Assembly: GCA_033764315.1 (NCBI GenBank)
Contig: JANRJA010000187.1
Location: 1-64,000, forward strand
DNA from: Oculatellaceae cyanobacterium bins.114
GTDB taxonomy: Bacteria > Cyanobacteriota > Cyanobacteriia > Elainellales > Elainellaceae
DNA: 64,000 nucleotides
Reading direction: 5' to 3'
The notes under the pieces are model-generated. The model saw nothing but the letters and a program-made list of their open reading frames with translations. It was not told the origin of the DNA and did not search any database. Position 1 is the first letter of the stretch, and each line of letters begins with the position of its first letter. Position numbers and translations under genes: made by a program. This document shows, piece after piece, positions 26,398 to 36,509 of this stretch.

Positions 26398-26779
26398 GGT
26401 TAGAGTTTGGTAGAGAAGCTGGGATAACAGGCGTTAATAATCTCAGTTGCAGTCAAAAAGATTATTAGTTTAATGTACTTTTTGTAGGTTGACCGAGTCT
26501 ATAGCAAACCGATCAGGTGATCAGGTCATGACCTCCTAGAGAAATGGCTGATCTGTGAGGAAGAGCTGAGTCATAATTAACGCTTGATCTGACGTAGAAC
26601 GATGCCAGTTCATCAGGTTATGAAGAACCGGGGAGCTCAACCCCTGAGTTGCCCACCGCGTTATTGATCGCCTGTCATCTGCGATCACCCCTCACCCTAA
26701 AACGTCTAAATCGATGCGGCAAACACCACGACTTTTCCCTGATGGTTAATAATGGCAATAGAGTTTTGGGAAATGTGCC

Positions 26780-27661
26780 GTGTTTAACAAGCGATATCGT
26801 TGGCTGACAGTAACCATATTGGCGATCGCCACCCTCGCTTTTTCAGGATTTTTGCTCCTGTCGATCTTTGCGCCTTTGTTTCAAGGTGGTCTAGCCGGAT
26901 CTCCGTCTCCTGAGGCTTCGACGACCGCTTCGCCTCAGGCAGATTTAGAAGCGCAAGCAAAAGGATATGAACTAGTCTTACAACGAGAACCCGACAATCA
27001 GACGGCTCTCAAAGGATTGATCGATACTCGCATTCAACAAGGCAATATTGAGGCCACGATCGCCCCACTCGAAAAGTTAGCGGCGTTAAACCCAGGACAA
27101 CCCGAATATACGGTGTTGCTGGCACAGGCAAAACAACGAATTGGCGATCGTGAAGGAGCCGCTCAAGCCTATCGCAGCATTTTGTCGTCTCGTCCGGGTG
27201 ATCTGAACGCGCTGCAAGGATTGGTGGATTTAATGCTAGAGCAGGAGCGACCACAGGCCGCGATTGGTTTGTTGCAAGACACCCTCAAAACCGCTGATGA
27301 AGCCAATCGAATTCAACCGGGCAGTGTTGATGTCACCTCAGTGCAACTGTTGTTAGGACGGGTCTATGCTGAGGAAGGACGCTTTGACGAGGCGATCGCA
27401 GTGTATGACCAATCGATTGAGAGCGATCGGCAAGACTTTCGTCCGGTGTTAGGCAAAGCTCTCGTGTTGCAAAGTCAGGGCAAAAACGAAGAAGCACAAC
27501 CCCTATTTGTTAGCGCAGCCGCCCTGGCACCCGCCCAATACAAAGATCAGATTAATCAAATTGCATCGAGTGCTTCTCCAACCCCAGCCGCATCTTCGGC
27601 TCCTGAGGGTAGCCCCGCTCCTGAAGCTAGTCCTACTCCAGCCGCATCATCCACTCCCTAA
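26780..27661 (+). CDS. membrane-anchored TPR protein
   Basis: N-terminal TM helix, multiple TPR-like helices, ASPTP tail. Confidence 0.88.
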   Translation: MFNKRYRWLTVTILAIATLAFSGFLLLSIFAPLFQGGLAGSPSPEASTTASPQADLEAQAKGYELVLQREPDNQTALKGLIDTRIQQGNIEATIAPLEKLAALNPGQPEYTVLLAQAKQRIGDREGAAQAYRSILSSRPGDLNALQGLVDLMLEQERPQAAIGLLQDTLKTADEANRIQPGSVDVTSVQLLLGRVYAEEGRFDEAIAVYDQSIESDRQDFRPVLGKALVLQSQGKNEEAQPLFVSAAALAPAQYKDQINQIASSASPTPAASSAPEGSPAPEASPTPAASSTP

Positions 27662-27664
27662 ACC

Positions 27665-28720
27665 ATGAATTTTGCTAGCGATAACGTCACCGGAGTTTCT
27701 CCAGAAATTATGGCTGCCCTCGTTGCTGCCAATCAAGGCAGTGCCATGCCCTATGGCGCAGACTCGGTCAGCCAGCGTCTCAATGCTCTTTTTTCAGACC
27801 TGTTTGAAACTGAGGTTGTGATGTTTCCAGTGGCGACTGGTTCTGCTGCCAATGCCCTGGCTCTGTCGGTCATGTCGCCACCGTTTGGGGCGATCTACTG
27901 CCACCCAGAGGCACACATCAATGTAGACGAGTGTGGTGCCCCCGAACTGTATACAGGGGGAGCCAAATTAGTCTTGCTGCCCGGTGCCAATGGCAAAATC
28001 ACAGCGGACACGTTAGAGGCCACCGTGAGCAAGGCTGGGGCAGGCGTGGTGCATAGCGTTCAACCTGCCGCCGTGAGCTTGACTCAGGCAACCGAAGCCG
28101 GAACAGTCTACTCGATTGCAGAAGTGCAGGCGATCGCTCAGGTGGCTCAGGCTCATCATCTGTCATTGCACATGGATGGAGCACGCTTTGCCAATGCGGT
28201 CGTTAGCCTGGGGTGTGCTCCGGCAGATATCACCTGGCGCGCCGGGGTAGATGTGCTCTCCTTTGGGGCGACCAAAAATGGGGCAATGGCAGCCGAAGCG
28301 GTCATTTTCTTTAATCCTTCATTGAGTGAGTCCTTTGGTTATCGGCGCAAACGAGGGGGTCACCTATTCTCAAAAATGCGGTTTCTCTCGGCTCAACTAG
28401 AGGCTTACATCACGGATGATCTCTGGCTTAAAAATGCGACTCACGCCAACCAGATGGCCCACAAATTGGCTCAAGGATTAGCCGCTATTCCAAAGGTTAA
28501 GCTGTGCTATCCCGTTGAGGCCAATGAGATTTTTGTGCAATTTCCAGAGGCGATCGCTAACGGCTTGCTATCCAGTGGCTTTCAGTTCTATCATCAACCC
28601 ACTCCAGATCACACCATCACTGCACGGCTCGTCACCGCTTTTAACACCCGCGCCGAAGACGTCACCGCTTTTGTTGCAACGGCTAATCGCTATGCCGCGC
28701 CTGTTGGAAGTCAGGTTTAA
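27665..28720 (+). CDS. ltaE: low-specificity L-threonine aldolase
   Basis: MNFASDN, LHMDGARFANA, SFGATKNG (PLP lysine), SKMRFLSAQ. Confidence 0.92.
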   Translation: MNFASDNVTGVSPEIMAALVAANQGSAMPYGADSVSQRLNALFSDLFETEVVMFPVATGSAANALALSVMSPPFGAIYCHPEAHINVDECGAPELYTGGAKLVLLPGANGKITADTLEATVSKAGAGVVHSVQPAAVSLTQATEAGTVYSIAEVQAIAQVAQAHHLSLHMDGARFANAVVSLGCAPADITWRAGVDVLSFGATKNGAMAAEAVIFFNPSLSESFGYRRKRGGHLFSKMRFLSAQLEAYITDDLWLKNATHANQMAHKLAQGLAAIPKVKLCYPVEANEIFVQFPEAIANGLLSSGFQFYHQPTPDHTITARLVTAFNTRAEDVTAFVATANRYAAPVGSQV

Positions 28721-28821
28721 AGATTATTCAATTCTATCAACCACATATTTAGTAGTGGACTAGACTTAAAAGCGTGGTTAAATAGCCAAGTATAACCATA
28801 TCTGGAGGTCTAGATAAGGCT

Positions 28822-31170
28822 ATGGGGTTTTGGGAATTTCTCATCCAAAAAGAAGGCGATCGCTCCTGGCTGCCTCTAGAGTCTCCAGATGTTGAGATTT
28901 TAGAAGGACGCTATCGAGTAGTGGCTCGGTCAAACCGGGTCAACACGCCTGTTGAGATTCAAGTGACACACATTGCGATCGCTGAGAATCCGCCCAAGCG
29001 TCGCACTCAAAAGCGATCGGGTCAGACCAATCTAGATGGGTTGGTTGTGGTGATTCCTTTTACACGATTGCAACCCGGCATTTGGGAATTGAGCTGTGCC
29101 GGAGATTTAATGGCAGACTTTGCTGGAGAAGGGTGGCACTATACAGTGAAGTTGCAGGTGCTATCTCATGCGAGTGAAACAACAGAGGAATGGGAACCCG
29201 ACTGGCAAACCGATGCATCAGAGTCACCATCTCCCCTCCAGACTGCCCCTCCACCTCCTGAGAGTACACCACCACCACCACCACCAATTCCTCCTAGAGG
29301 CTCGGTTGAACCGTCCTTTGACCCGCCTACAGCAGTGTCACCAGAGCCAGAGTTAGAAAGGCTGACTGTTGTGCCACCGCCTCCACCAGCGATCGCCCCA
29401 CCCGTTGATCCAGTGTTAGAGGATGAGCCAGAGGAGCCTAGAGCCAAGATCAGTGAGGCGATAACCACATCTGACATTTTTCAGATGGCAAAACGGCTCT
29501 CTCAAGAAGTCGTCGATGCGGTGTTTCAAGATCTTGAGGCGACTCCCGAATCTAGATCAGAAGCTGAAACCAGCCAGCCTCCAACCCTTGAATCTCCCCT
29601 AGCAGACCCTCCCATAACACCCGTTGCTGCGGTTCAGGAGACTCTTATACCGCCGTCAGAGGTGTCTTCTGCCCCCATCACCGATTATCCAACCGTACGG
29701 CTGACCCTCAATCGCGACACCTACACCGCTCGTCGAGGCGAAACCTTAACCCTGTCAGGACAAATCGAACGATTACCGATTAATTTAACGCCCATTGCTA
29801 TCCCTAAAGTAGAGCTACGCATCCGCTTAAACGATCCTCAAACCGCTCAAGTCTTGGTCGATGTGGGGCGATCGCTGCCGATTCAAACCGTGCCGTCGCC
29901 GTTTGAGTGCACGATCACCATTCCCAGTGGCTATCAAACTCGTCTGCTGTTAGGAGACATCACGCTAGTCGGTGGAAAAAGCAAATTAGCCACTCAATCC
30001 TTTAGTGTCACAGCCGACCTCACAGAATTGCTAGAAGCTCTTGCAAATGCCTATCCAGAATCTGACTTGGTGCAACCCCCGTTAGAGTTCACAACGCCAG
30101 CAACTGTTGCTGATCTGGATCTGACATTTTTGGAGTTTTTACAAACTCCTAAGCCCATGTTGCAGTTTCAGCCTTCTGATCAGCAAGCTATTCCCCCTCA
30201 ACTGAGTTCCACAAAATCGTCTCATGCCGCTCAACGCACCTCGATTGCCGCACCTATGACCGTTGGTGTCACCGGAACGGCCCCTGCCACTCATAGTGTG
30301 GCTAATGCGACCTCAGACTTAGAGTTGCCCTCATTGCCCTCATTATCCGCACCGCCTCCTGATGCCGTCCATCCTCCCCTCACTGAGCCAGATTCATCCC
30401 CAGCAGATTCATCCACAAGTGCAACACCGCCGCAACTCACACTCTCTGACCTTGTGTTGGATGACGACAACATTCCAGCGCAAGCATGGCAAACCCTATC
30501 CCAGCCTGCACCCTCTCCACCCCCACCTCCCAAGCGATCGCCCTCTCCAGCCGATCAAGCCTTTCAATCGCTAAATCTGCAAAATCGCTTTTTATCACGG
30601 CTCAATGCGTTAGCCGGAGATGCAGAACTGTCGAGTTCATTGCATCAACACCCCATTGAGGCGTTACCTGTCAATGAGGCTCCACTCGGCTTAGACACCG
30701 ATTTGGCAGCGCATGAAGTGGTGGTTGAAGACGAACCTCTCTCTCCTGCCTATGCTCGTCAAACAGCCCCAGTTGAGCCTCCAGCGGCTCTTGTCCTCTC
30801 TGATGAAGAGTCTGTCCCAGAACCTGAATTGAGCATCCCCAGCGGAGAACTAGTGTCGGGTCGTTCTATCTTTGTCACGGTCAAGTTGCCCGATGTAAAA
30901 TCTCGGATTTACGTCAAAATGTGGGTGCTCGATCGGCAAACTCGGTCTTTGCTCGATGGCCCGCGTTGGTTCATGGCATTTGTACCGGATGGATTAGGCT
31001 ATTTAGAAACTCGAACCCAAGTAACCGTGCCCTATGGTTGCCTGGAAGTGGTATTTGAAGCGATCGCCATTGAGATGATGACCAAACGCGAAAGCCATAA
31101 AGTCGTGATTAACCGTAAAATCATCCCTCCTGATCTACCCTCGCTGACAGAAGAGGATATAGAAATCTAG
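28822..31170 (+). CDS. conserved hypothetical protein with three globular segments joined by Pro-rich linkers
   Basis: N-terminal WEFLIQKEGDRSWLPLE; long open frame; GGAGG RBS. Confidence 0.85.
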   Translation: MGFWEFLIQKEGDRSWLPLESPDVEILEGRYRVVARSNRVNTPVEIQVTHIAIAENPPKRRTQKRSGQTNLDGLVVVIPFTRLQPGIWELSCAGDLMADFAGEGWHYTVKLQVLSHASETTEEWEPDWQTDASESPSPLQTAPPPPESTPPPPPPIPPRGSVEPSFDPPTAVSPEPELERLTVVPPPPPAIAPPVDPVLEDEPEEPRAKISEAITTSDIFQMAKRLSQEVVDAVFQDLEATPESRSEAETSQPPTLESPLADPPITPVAAVQETLIPPSEVSSAPITDYPTVRLTLNRDTYTARRGETLTLSGQIERLPINLTPIAIPKVELRIRLNDPQTAQVLVDVGRSLPIQTVPSPFECTITIPSGYQTRLLLGDITLVGGKSKLATQSFSVTADLTELLEALANAYPESDLVQPPLEFTTPATVADLDLTFLEFLQTPKPMLQFQPSDQQAIPPQLSSTKSSHAAQRTSIAAPMTVGVTGTAPATHSVANATSDLELPSLPSLSAPPPDAVHPPLTEPDSSPADSSTSATPPQLTLSDLVLDDDNIPAQAWQTLSQPAPSPPPPPKRSPSPADQAFQSLNLQNRFLSRLNALAGDAELSSSLHQHPIEALPVNEAPLGLDTDLAAHEVVVEDEPLSPAYARQTAPVEPPAALVLSDEESVPEPELSIPSGELVSGRSIFVTVKLPDVKSRIYVKMWVLDRQTRSLLDGPRWFMAFVPDGLGYLETRTQVTVPYGCLEVVFEAIAIEMMTKRESHKVVINRKIIPPDLPSLTEEDIEI

Positions 31171-31320
31171 GGTTCAGGGGTCTTGCCGTCCTGATCAGCG
31201 ACAACATCCCTGACCCTCAATTGAGTGATGATTTGTTAAAAATCTTTAGCAATCCACAAAATGTTCTCATTTCGCAGTAGATTCTGTTCTGACGACTCTT
31301 TTAGATAGGAAGTTTTGGTT

Positions 31321-31437
31321 ATGGCAGCCTCGTTCTTGCCTTCGATTTTCGTACCTATTGTCGGATGGGTTTTTCCTGCTGTGACAATGGCATTGTTGTT
31401 CATCTATATTGAGCGGGAAGACGCAGACGGTATCTAA
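31321..31437 (+). CDS. psaI: photosystem I subunit VIII (not in the ORF track)
   Basis: [38 protein letters not shown]. Confidence 0.95.
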   Translation: MAASFLPSIFVPIVGWVFPAVTMALLFIYIEREDADGI

Positions 31438-31513
31438 TTTCCTCGCTAATTTTGATCTTCTTGACTTTGGAATCAGTAGTAGGCGTTACAAAGAATTTTG
31501 GAGATACCCAACA

Positions 31514-31996
31514 ATGACAGTAGATGTAGTCAAAGCAGCAGATGATCCTCAAATTGGTAATCTCGCTACTCCGATTAATTCCTCCCCTTTCACAAAAGCC
31601 CTGATTAACAATTTGCCCGCTTATCGAGCAGGTCTATCTGCTCAACGGCGTGGGTTAGAAATTGGCATGGCTCATGGCTATTTGCTCTTTGGACCCTTCG
31701 CGTTCACCAGCCAATTCCGCAATTCCTCTGTGTCTGATGTCGTGGGTCTAATCGAAGCTGTAATCTTAGTCGTGATTCTCACCGTTTGCCTGTCCCTCTA
31801 TGGCGGTGTCGGTGTTCAAAAGCCCATCGCTACGATCACAACTCCCAACCCTCCTGAATCACTTGGCACCTCTGAAGGCTGGAGTGAGTTTGCTGGAAGT
31901 TTCTTGGTCGGTGGCATTGGTGGAGCAGCCTTTGCCTATATCGTGTATGAAATCTTTAAGTCTGGTGTCATGGAAACCTTTGGCAACTTGCTGTAA
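31514..31996 (+). CDS. psaL: photosystem I subunit XI
   Basis: DPQIGNLATPINSS, NLPAYRAGLSAQRRGLEIGMAHGYLLFGPF; ATG 31514 preceded by GGAG. Confidence 0.95.
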   Translation: MTVDVVKAADDPQIGNLATPINSSPFTKALINNLPAYRAGLSAQRRGLEIGMAHGYLLFGPFAFTSQFRNSSVSDVVGLIEAVILVVILTVCLSLYGGVGVQKPIATITTPNPPESLGTSEGWSEFAGSFLVGGIGGAAFAYIVYEIFKSGVMETFGNLL

Positions 31997-32039
31997 GTCT
32001 GCCAAGTTTTCTGTTTAGTGATATCCATTCAAGTGATTG

Positions 32040-32072
32040 CCGGAAGTATGACTGTCATGCTTCCGGTTTTTT
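32040..32072 (+). terminator. intrinsic terminator after psaL
   Basis: CCGGAAGTATGAC/GTCATGCTTCCGG stem followed by T6. Confidence 0.8.
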
Positions 32073-32185
32073 GCATCTCTCTAGACAGAGCAACTGATCC
32101 CAATTTAAACAGTAGACCTTACACTTGCCCCTACTGCGGCGTGGCTGAGGTTTGTGCCGAAGGCTGGGATTTCCATTGCTAAGTA

Positions 32186-32348
32186 ACGTCAGTTCGGTTT
32201 AAGAGCCTGGCGAATAAATTCGCGGCTATCAGAGCGTAGTTCGCCTTCGCGAACTACAGAAAATCAAGGGTTGAGTGAACCGACGCAGGTCGGTTTTGCT
32301 CCTGTAGTTGCGGTTTCAACCGCCAAAATCCTTATCCCGAATTCACGT
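32186..32348. mobile_element. 163-bp MITE with ACGT(C/G)A(G/A)TTCGG ends and TAAGTA target duplication
   Basis: Ends ACGTCAGTTCGGTTTAAG and CTTATCCCGAATTCACGT; TAAGTA at 32180-32185 and 32349-32354; several internal hairpins. Confidence 0.75.
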
Positions 32349-32422
32349 TAAGTATAAAAGATGGGTCAGGCAGCCAGATGCAGTACTTTCCTGATCAGCT
32401 TCCCGTCCAATTCAAGCCACTT

Positions 32423-32457
32423 AAAAAGGTTGACTATTTGATCAAACAGTCAACCTT
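32423..32457 (-). terminator. hairpin terminator after psbJ
   Basis: AAGGTTGACT...AGTCAACCTT stem with a T-run on the minus strand. Confidence 0.65.
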
Positions 32458-32522
32458 CTTTCAATGATATGAAATGCGTTTCAAAGAAGCATTTTTCAGT
32501 GAATTGCTAAATCAAAAAAGGC

Positions 32523-32642
32523 TCAAATAGAAGAACCAAGACCTGCATAGGCACCGTAGAAAAACAAACCTACAACGGTAATCACTCCTAACCCTGCAAC
32601 CAATCCCACAATCCACAGGGGAATTCTGCCACTTCCAGACAT
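32523..32642 (-). CDS. psbJ: photosystem II subunit J (not in the ORF track)
   Basis: [39 protein letters not shown]. Confidence 0.97.
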   Translation of the reverse strand: MSGSGRIPLWIVGLVAGLGVITVVGLFFYGAYAGLGSSI

Positions 32643-32751
32643 GATAGTTAGCTCCTAACGACTTTAAGAGATGATTTGCTTGAACTTACAACCTCAACAG
32701 AAAGCCGCTCTACAAGAACAGCATTTCTATGGCTAGAACATCTGATTTCAG

Positions 32752-32877
32752 CTAGTTGAAGAAATAACTAGAAAATAGAATTCCTAGAACGAAAACTAGA
32801 AGCAAGCCTAGATATAGGGAAGTGCGGTTAAGCTCAACAGGCTGCTTGTTTGGATTTGAACTTCTATCTAATGGCAC
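32752..32877 (-). CDS. psbL: photosystem II subunit L (not in the ORF track; GTG start)
   Basis: [42 protein letters not shown]. Confidence 0.96.
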   Translation of the reverse strand: MPLDRSSNPNKQPVELNRTSLYLGLLLVFVLGILFSSYFFN

Positions 32878-32887
32878 GAGACTGCTC

Positions 32888-33022
32888 CTATCGTTGAATA
32901 AACTGCATTGCAGCGATCGCCCCCAAAAAGAAAATCGTGGGGACAGCGAGAGTGTGAACCGCCAACCATCTAACGGTAAAAATAGGATAAGAAACAGGTT
33001 GATTTGGAGTGTTGCTCGTCAT
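32888..33022 (-). CDS. psbF: cytochrome b559 beta subunit (not in the ORF track)
   Basis: [44 protein letters not shown]. Confidence 0.98.
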   Translation of the reverse strand: MTSNTPNQPVSYPIFTVRWLAVHTLAVPTIFFLGAIAAMQFIQR

Positions 33023-33044
33023 AACTTTTAGTTACCAAATAACG

Positions 33045-33299
33045 TTATTTAACCTGGGTCACAAAATTGTCAATTTGCTGCTTGCCTTCATAGCGATCGC
33101 TCACAATAGGCACTTCTTGACGCTCTTGCGAATAATACTCATTGGGTCTTGGAGTACCAAACACGTCATATGCCAAACCAGTGCTGACAAAGAGCCATCC
33201 TGCGATGAACAAAGCAGGAATGGTGATGCTGTGAATCACCCAATAACGAATGCTAGTAACAATGTCTGAAAATGGACGCTCACCTGTGGTGCCAGCCAT
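33045..33299 (-). CDS. psbE: cytochrome b559 alpha subunit
   Basis: [39 protein letters not shown]. Confidence 0.98.
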   Translation of the reverse strand: MAGTTGERPFSDIVTSIRYWVIHSITIPALFIAGWLFVSTGLAYDVFGTPRPNEYYSQERQEVPIVSDRYEGKQQIDNFVTQVK

Positions 33300-33513
33300 T
33301 ATGATTCCTCCCAATCAAAACAGTAATCGTCTCGTTTTCTATCATACGAGAGTGGTGAAACAGTCACAAGCAGAACCAATTAACTAATTCACTAGTACCT
33401 ATCGTCTGCCTGTCAATTGCTAACAATCACTCTTTTCAATTTAGTCAATAGCAACTTGCAATTTCTCAAAGTAGGTCACACAAACCATAGAAGACCCTCT
33501 GAGACATTGCCTA

Positions 33514-34554
33514 TTAACTATTAACGGCTTTAGCAGAGTCAAGTGTTGCCTTCTCTGAAGGCTGATATTTCAACAACGTTCCCCCTTGACCCAATACAAA
33601 TCCTTTGTCTGGAGAGACGAACACAACTTTATAGAAGTTAGAAGGAACGTCTTCAACCGCTTTATCTTTTTGCCAGGTCTTGCCTCCATCAGCACTCCGA
33701 AGGAGATTTCCACTGCCCCCAGAAACCCAAACCTCATCGGGAGTGCGATAGGCCAAATCCAGTAAACCCCAACTGGTAGAAAACTCAGGCGTAACTGGAT
33801 CTTGCCACTGATCGACGCTGCCAGCAGCACTTAATTGTAGACTGCCGCCCCGTGCCAGCAACCACAGATCTCCCTCAGGGCTAAAGCCCATACTCTGGAG
33901 TCGTCGTGAACTGGTGCGGTTGTGTTGCTCCCATGCCGTTTGCCCAGGAGCCCAGGTTGAGTAAAAGTTTCCTCTAGATGAGACAGCAACATAGCCACCA
34001 TTGGGCGATCGCGCAATAGTTCGCACCACACCAACTGCCTCTTGCACAAGGGCTTGCCAGGTTTTACCCCCATCTACTGTTTTGTAGATGGCCCCAATAT
34101 CGGTCGTCATTTCAGCCGTTTTAGGAGATAAGGCAACCACCGTATTTGGAGAACCAGGTAATTCTTGACTCAACGGCACCCGCAACCAAGATTGACCTCC
34201 ATCCAGAGTGTGCAACAGAATGCTAGGCTGACCGGCAATCCACCCCTCTTGCCCAGTAAAACTAACAGAGGTAAAGGTGTAAGGCAACTCGTCTTCTAAA
34301 TCAAGCTGGCGTAGTTCCCAAGATTGGCCTCCATCAGAGGTTTCTAATAACGTCGAATTTTTGCCAACTAGCCAACCATGATCGCGATCGCCCGTAAACG
34401 CGATATCTGAAAGAGTCGCATCCGTAGGCAATGACACCAATTCCCAAGGGCTATAGTCTAGAGATGGCAAAAAGCCACGAGTACACCCAGTACATAAAAT
34501 TAGGGCAACCAAAACTATAACGATTTGTTTCAGTGATTTCAGAATTGGATACAT
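33514..34554 (-). CDS. ycf48: photosystem II assembly factor Ycf48/HCF136
   Basis: Repeated T-DGG-SW boxes, VSSRGNFY, NRTSSRRLQSMGF; rubA-ycf48-psbE synteny. Confidence 0.96.
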   Translation of the reverse strand: MYPILKSLKQIVIVLVALILCTGCTRGFLPSLDYSPWELVSLPTDATLSDIAFTGDRDHGWLVGKNSTLLETSDGGQSWELRQLDLEDELPYTFTSVSFTGQEGWIAGQPSILLHTLDGGQSWLRVPLSQELPGSPNTVVALSPKTAEMTTDIGAIYKTVDGGKTWQALVQEAVGVVRTIARSPNGGYVAVSSRGNFYSTWAPGQTAWEQHNRTSSRRLQSMGFSPEGDLWLLARGGSLQLSAAGSVDQWQDPVTPEFSTSWGLLDLAYRTPDEVWVSGGSGNLLRSADGGKTWQKDKAVEDVPSNFYKVVFVSPDKGFVLGQGGTLLKYQPSEKATLDSAKAVNS

Positions 34555-34605
34555 TGATACTTTTTTCTTTATTTAAAAAATGACAACACGGTTAGAGCAA
34601 TATCG

Positions 34606-34941
34606 TTATTGCAATCCATAGAGACTCAGGAAGAACAGCACCCCTAACGCCAAAGCACCAAAAATCAAAATATTTTTTTGACCTGAGGTTAGAGTGTTCA
34701 CTCCCAATCCATATTTCAGGTTTTCCTTGAATCCAGAAGGATTGCCGACAGGCCCAACGTTCTGAAACTGCCCCTGACGAGCACCACAGACAGGACATCG
34801 CCAATCTTCAGGCAAATCGGGAAAGTCAATACCAGGCGGAACATTACGTGTACTATCGCCCTTTACCGGCTCATACATATAACCGCAAGCACTGCACTCG
34901 TGCCGATCGAGGCTTTTAAAATCAACAACTTCGGTGCTCAT
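34606..34941 (-). CDS. rubA: membrane-anchored rubredoxin
   Basis: CSACGYMY and WRCPVCGA; C-terminal TM helix. Confidence 0.95.
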   Translation of the reverse strand: MSTEVVDFKSLDRHECSACGYMYEPVKGDSTRNVPPGIDFPDLPEDWRCPVCGARQGQFQNVGPVGNPSGFKENLKYGLGVNTLTSGQKNILIFGALALGVLFFLSLYGLQ

Positions 34942-35031
34942 GGTAAGGTTTCTGAGATCTGGAACCAGTAATATTAAAATATCTGTTAAAGATTATGACA
35001 TAAGCTTAGTTCAGAAAAAGCAATGTCTGGG

Positions 35032-35520
35032 TTAAGAGAGCGATTCTTCCCCATTCCCGTTAGACCGCTTTGGCCCAGCTAACAGAGAAATCAGCAAGCA
35101 AATAATACCGACATTAATAAATACATCTGCCAGGTTAAACACGGGAAAGCGGATAAGGCGAAAATCTAAGAAATCAACCACTTCCCCAGCTAAAAAGCGA
35201 TCAAGCCCGTTCCCCAATGCGCCCGATAAGATAAATCCATACCCTATTTCTTCCCAGCGTGTCATTTTAGGGCCTAAGACAGCCAGTGCCATTAATGCCA
35301 AGCTAACGATCAATGAAAGCCAGCGCAGCCACCACACCCCGCCACTAAATAAACTAAAAGCCGCTCCTTTGTTAGTCACAAACGTGAGATGAAACACCCC
35401 TGCCCAGAGGGGAATGCTTTGCCCCAACTCAAGACTTTGAACAATCCAATACTTAGTTACCTGGTCTAGTGCTAAACCAATGAGGGTAACAATCCAAAAG
35501 GCACGATTTTTGAAAGGCAT
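35032..35520 (-). CDS. lspA: lipoprotein signal peptidase
   Basis: DQVTK, NKGAAFS, GALGNGLDR, VVDF, FPVFNLAD. Confidence 0.96.
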   Translation of the reverse strand: MPFKNRAFWIVTLIGLALDQVTKYWIVQSLELGQSIPLWAGVFHLTFVTNKGAAFSLFSGGVWWLRWLSLIVSLALMALAVLGPKMTRWEEIGYGFILSGALGNGLDRFLAGEVVDFLDFRLIRFPVFNLADVFINVGIICLLISLLAGPKRSNGNGEESLS

Positions 35521-35570
35521 GACAAAGGGCAAGCGTAAAAATTAAGCACAACACAAAATGCGTCTTGGAT

Positions 35571-36143
35571 CTAGTAGAACATGAGATGGCGCAGGGCGAA
35601 AGAAATAACCGTGACCGCACAGACGATCGCCAATTGCCCTGGCAAAGGATTAAATGAGTAAGTGGCGATCGCCTGCCAAAGAGTGAGATTAGGAGCGTTT
35701 AACCACCCTCCGTTGTAGCCCAATATCATATAAGCCACCCCAACCGCATGAATCGACAGCAACCCAGAGATACAGCTAAACGCCAACGACTCCAAGCGCG
35801 GGGGCAAGCGAAACGCAAACAGACCACAGATCCAGGCACCAGGAATGAACCCTAACAAATAACCAAACCCAGGTCGGTGAATATAATCGACTCCACCTCC
35901 TTGAGTAAACACGTTAAACCAGGTCAACCCTAAGAGCAGATAAGCAATTTGTGAGATAGCCGCTGCCGTTTTGCCACCCATGCAGCCAACCAAGAGCACT
36001 GCCCCAATCTGGTAAGTGACTCCGAGAGACTGGGCTTGCAATCCTTGCTGCCCCCAACTCGTAATAAACGCTTCTAGAAAAGTGCCACCAATCGTTAGGA
36101 TTAAGCCGATCAAAGCCCACAATAGTTCAGTGGGAGAAATCAT
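35571..36143 (-). CDS. bioY: biotin transporter BioY
   Basis: SQIAYLLLGL, VFTQGGG, PGFGYLLGFIPGAWICG. Confidence 0.88.
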   Translation of the reverse strand: MISPTELLWALIGLILTIGGTFLEAFITSWGQQGLQAQSLGVTYQIGAVLLVGCMGGKTAAAISQIAYLLLGLTWFNVFTQGGGVDYIHRPGFGYLLGFIPGAWICGLFAFRLPPRLESLAFSCISGLLSIHAVGVAYMILGYNGGWLNAPNLTLWQAIATYSFNPLPGQLAIVCAVTVISFALRHLMFY

Positions 36144-36276
36144 TTCACTAACAGGGCTATGTTGCCCTCATAACTTAACTGCAAATATGCGTAAAAATTT
36201 TCCCACATTATGGTTGGGGAATAGCATTCCGACTCAGCAGGTGTTTCAAAACCGCTTTTGAATGAAACTTCATTTT

Positions 36277-36308
36277 GTAGGATGCTGTTAGTGAAGCGTA
36301 ACGCATCC
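36277..36308. repeat. REP-like palindrome starting with GTAG
   Basis: GTAGGATGCTGTTAGTGAAGCGTAACGCATCC imperfect hairpin. Confidence 0.55.
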
Positions 36309-36343
36309 ATGACGCAAAAGTTTTAACTTTATGTAAGAACCCA

Positions 36344-36486
36344 GGTTGCCAAGTGCATAACGTCTATGGCGATCGCCATAGCTTTTGAATTAGGACAGAG
36401 CAGGAGTGCCACTCTTTCCACTCTAATGAGAGGCATCATTCCCACACTCCCTCCCAATGTCCTAAGCAACTTGGCAACCGCTATAG
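36344..36486. mobile_element. MITE-like element with GCTATAG end and nested inverted repeats
   Basis: GGTTGCCAAGT/ACTTGGCAACC and TTAGGACA/TGTCCTAA pairs; HIP1-centred palindrome CTATGGCGATCGCCATAG. Confidence 0.55.
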
Positions 36487-36509
36487 CCAATCAAACAGCC
36501 AAATTTGGG

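Noticed and set aside
26499..26700. Further TATAGC-type MITE or ncRNA upstream of cbbY
   Set aside because: Only one end-like motif; no matching opposite end or recognisable RNA structure.
31409..31513. N-terminal extension of PsaL in the ORF track
   Set aside because: Overlaps psaI; ATG 31514 has an RBS and fits PsaL length.
32822..33269. Plus-strand ORFs over psbE/F/L
   Set aside because: Antisense to well-recognised photosystem II genes.
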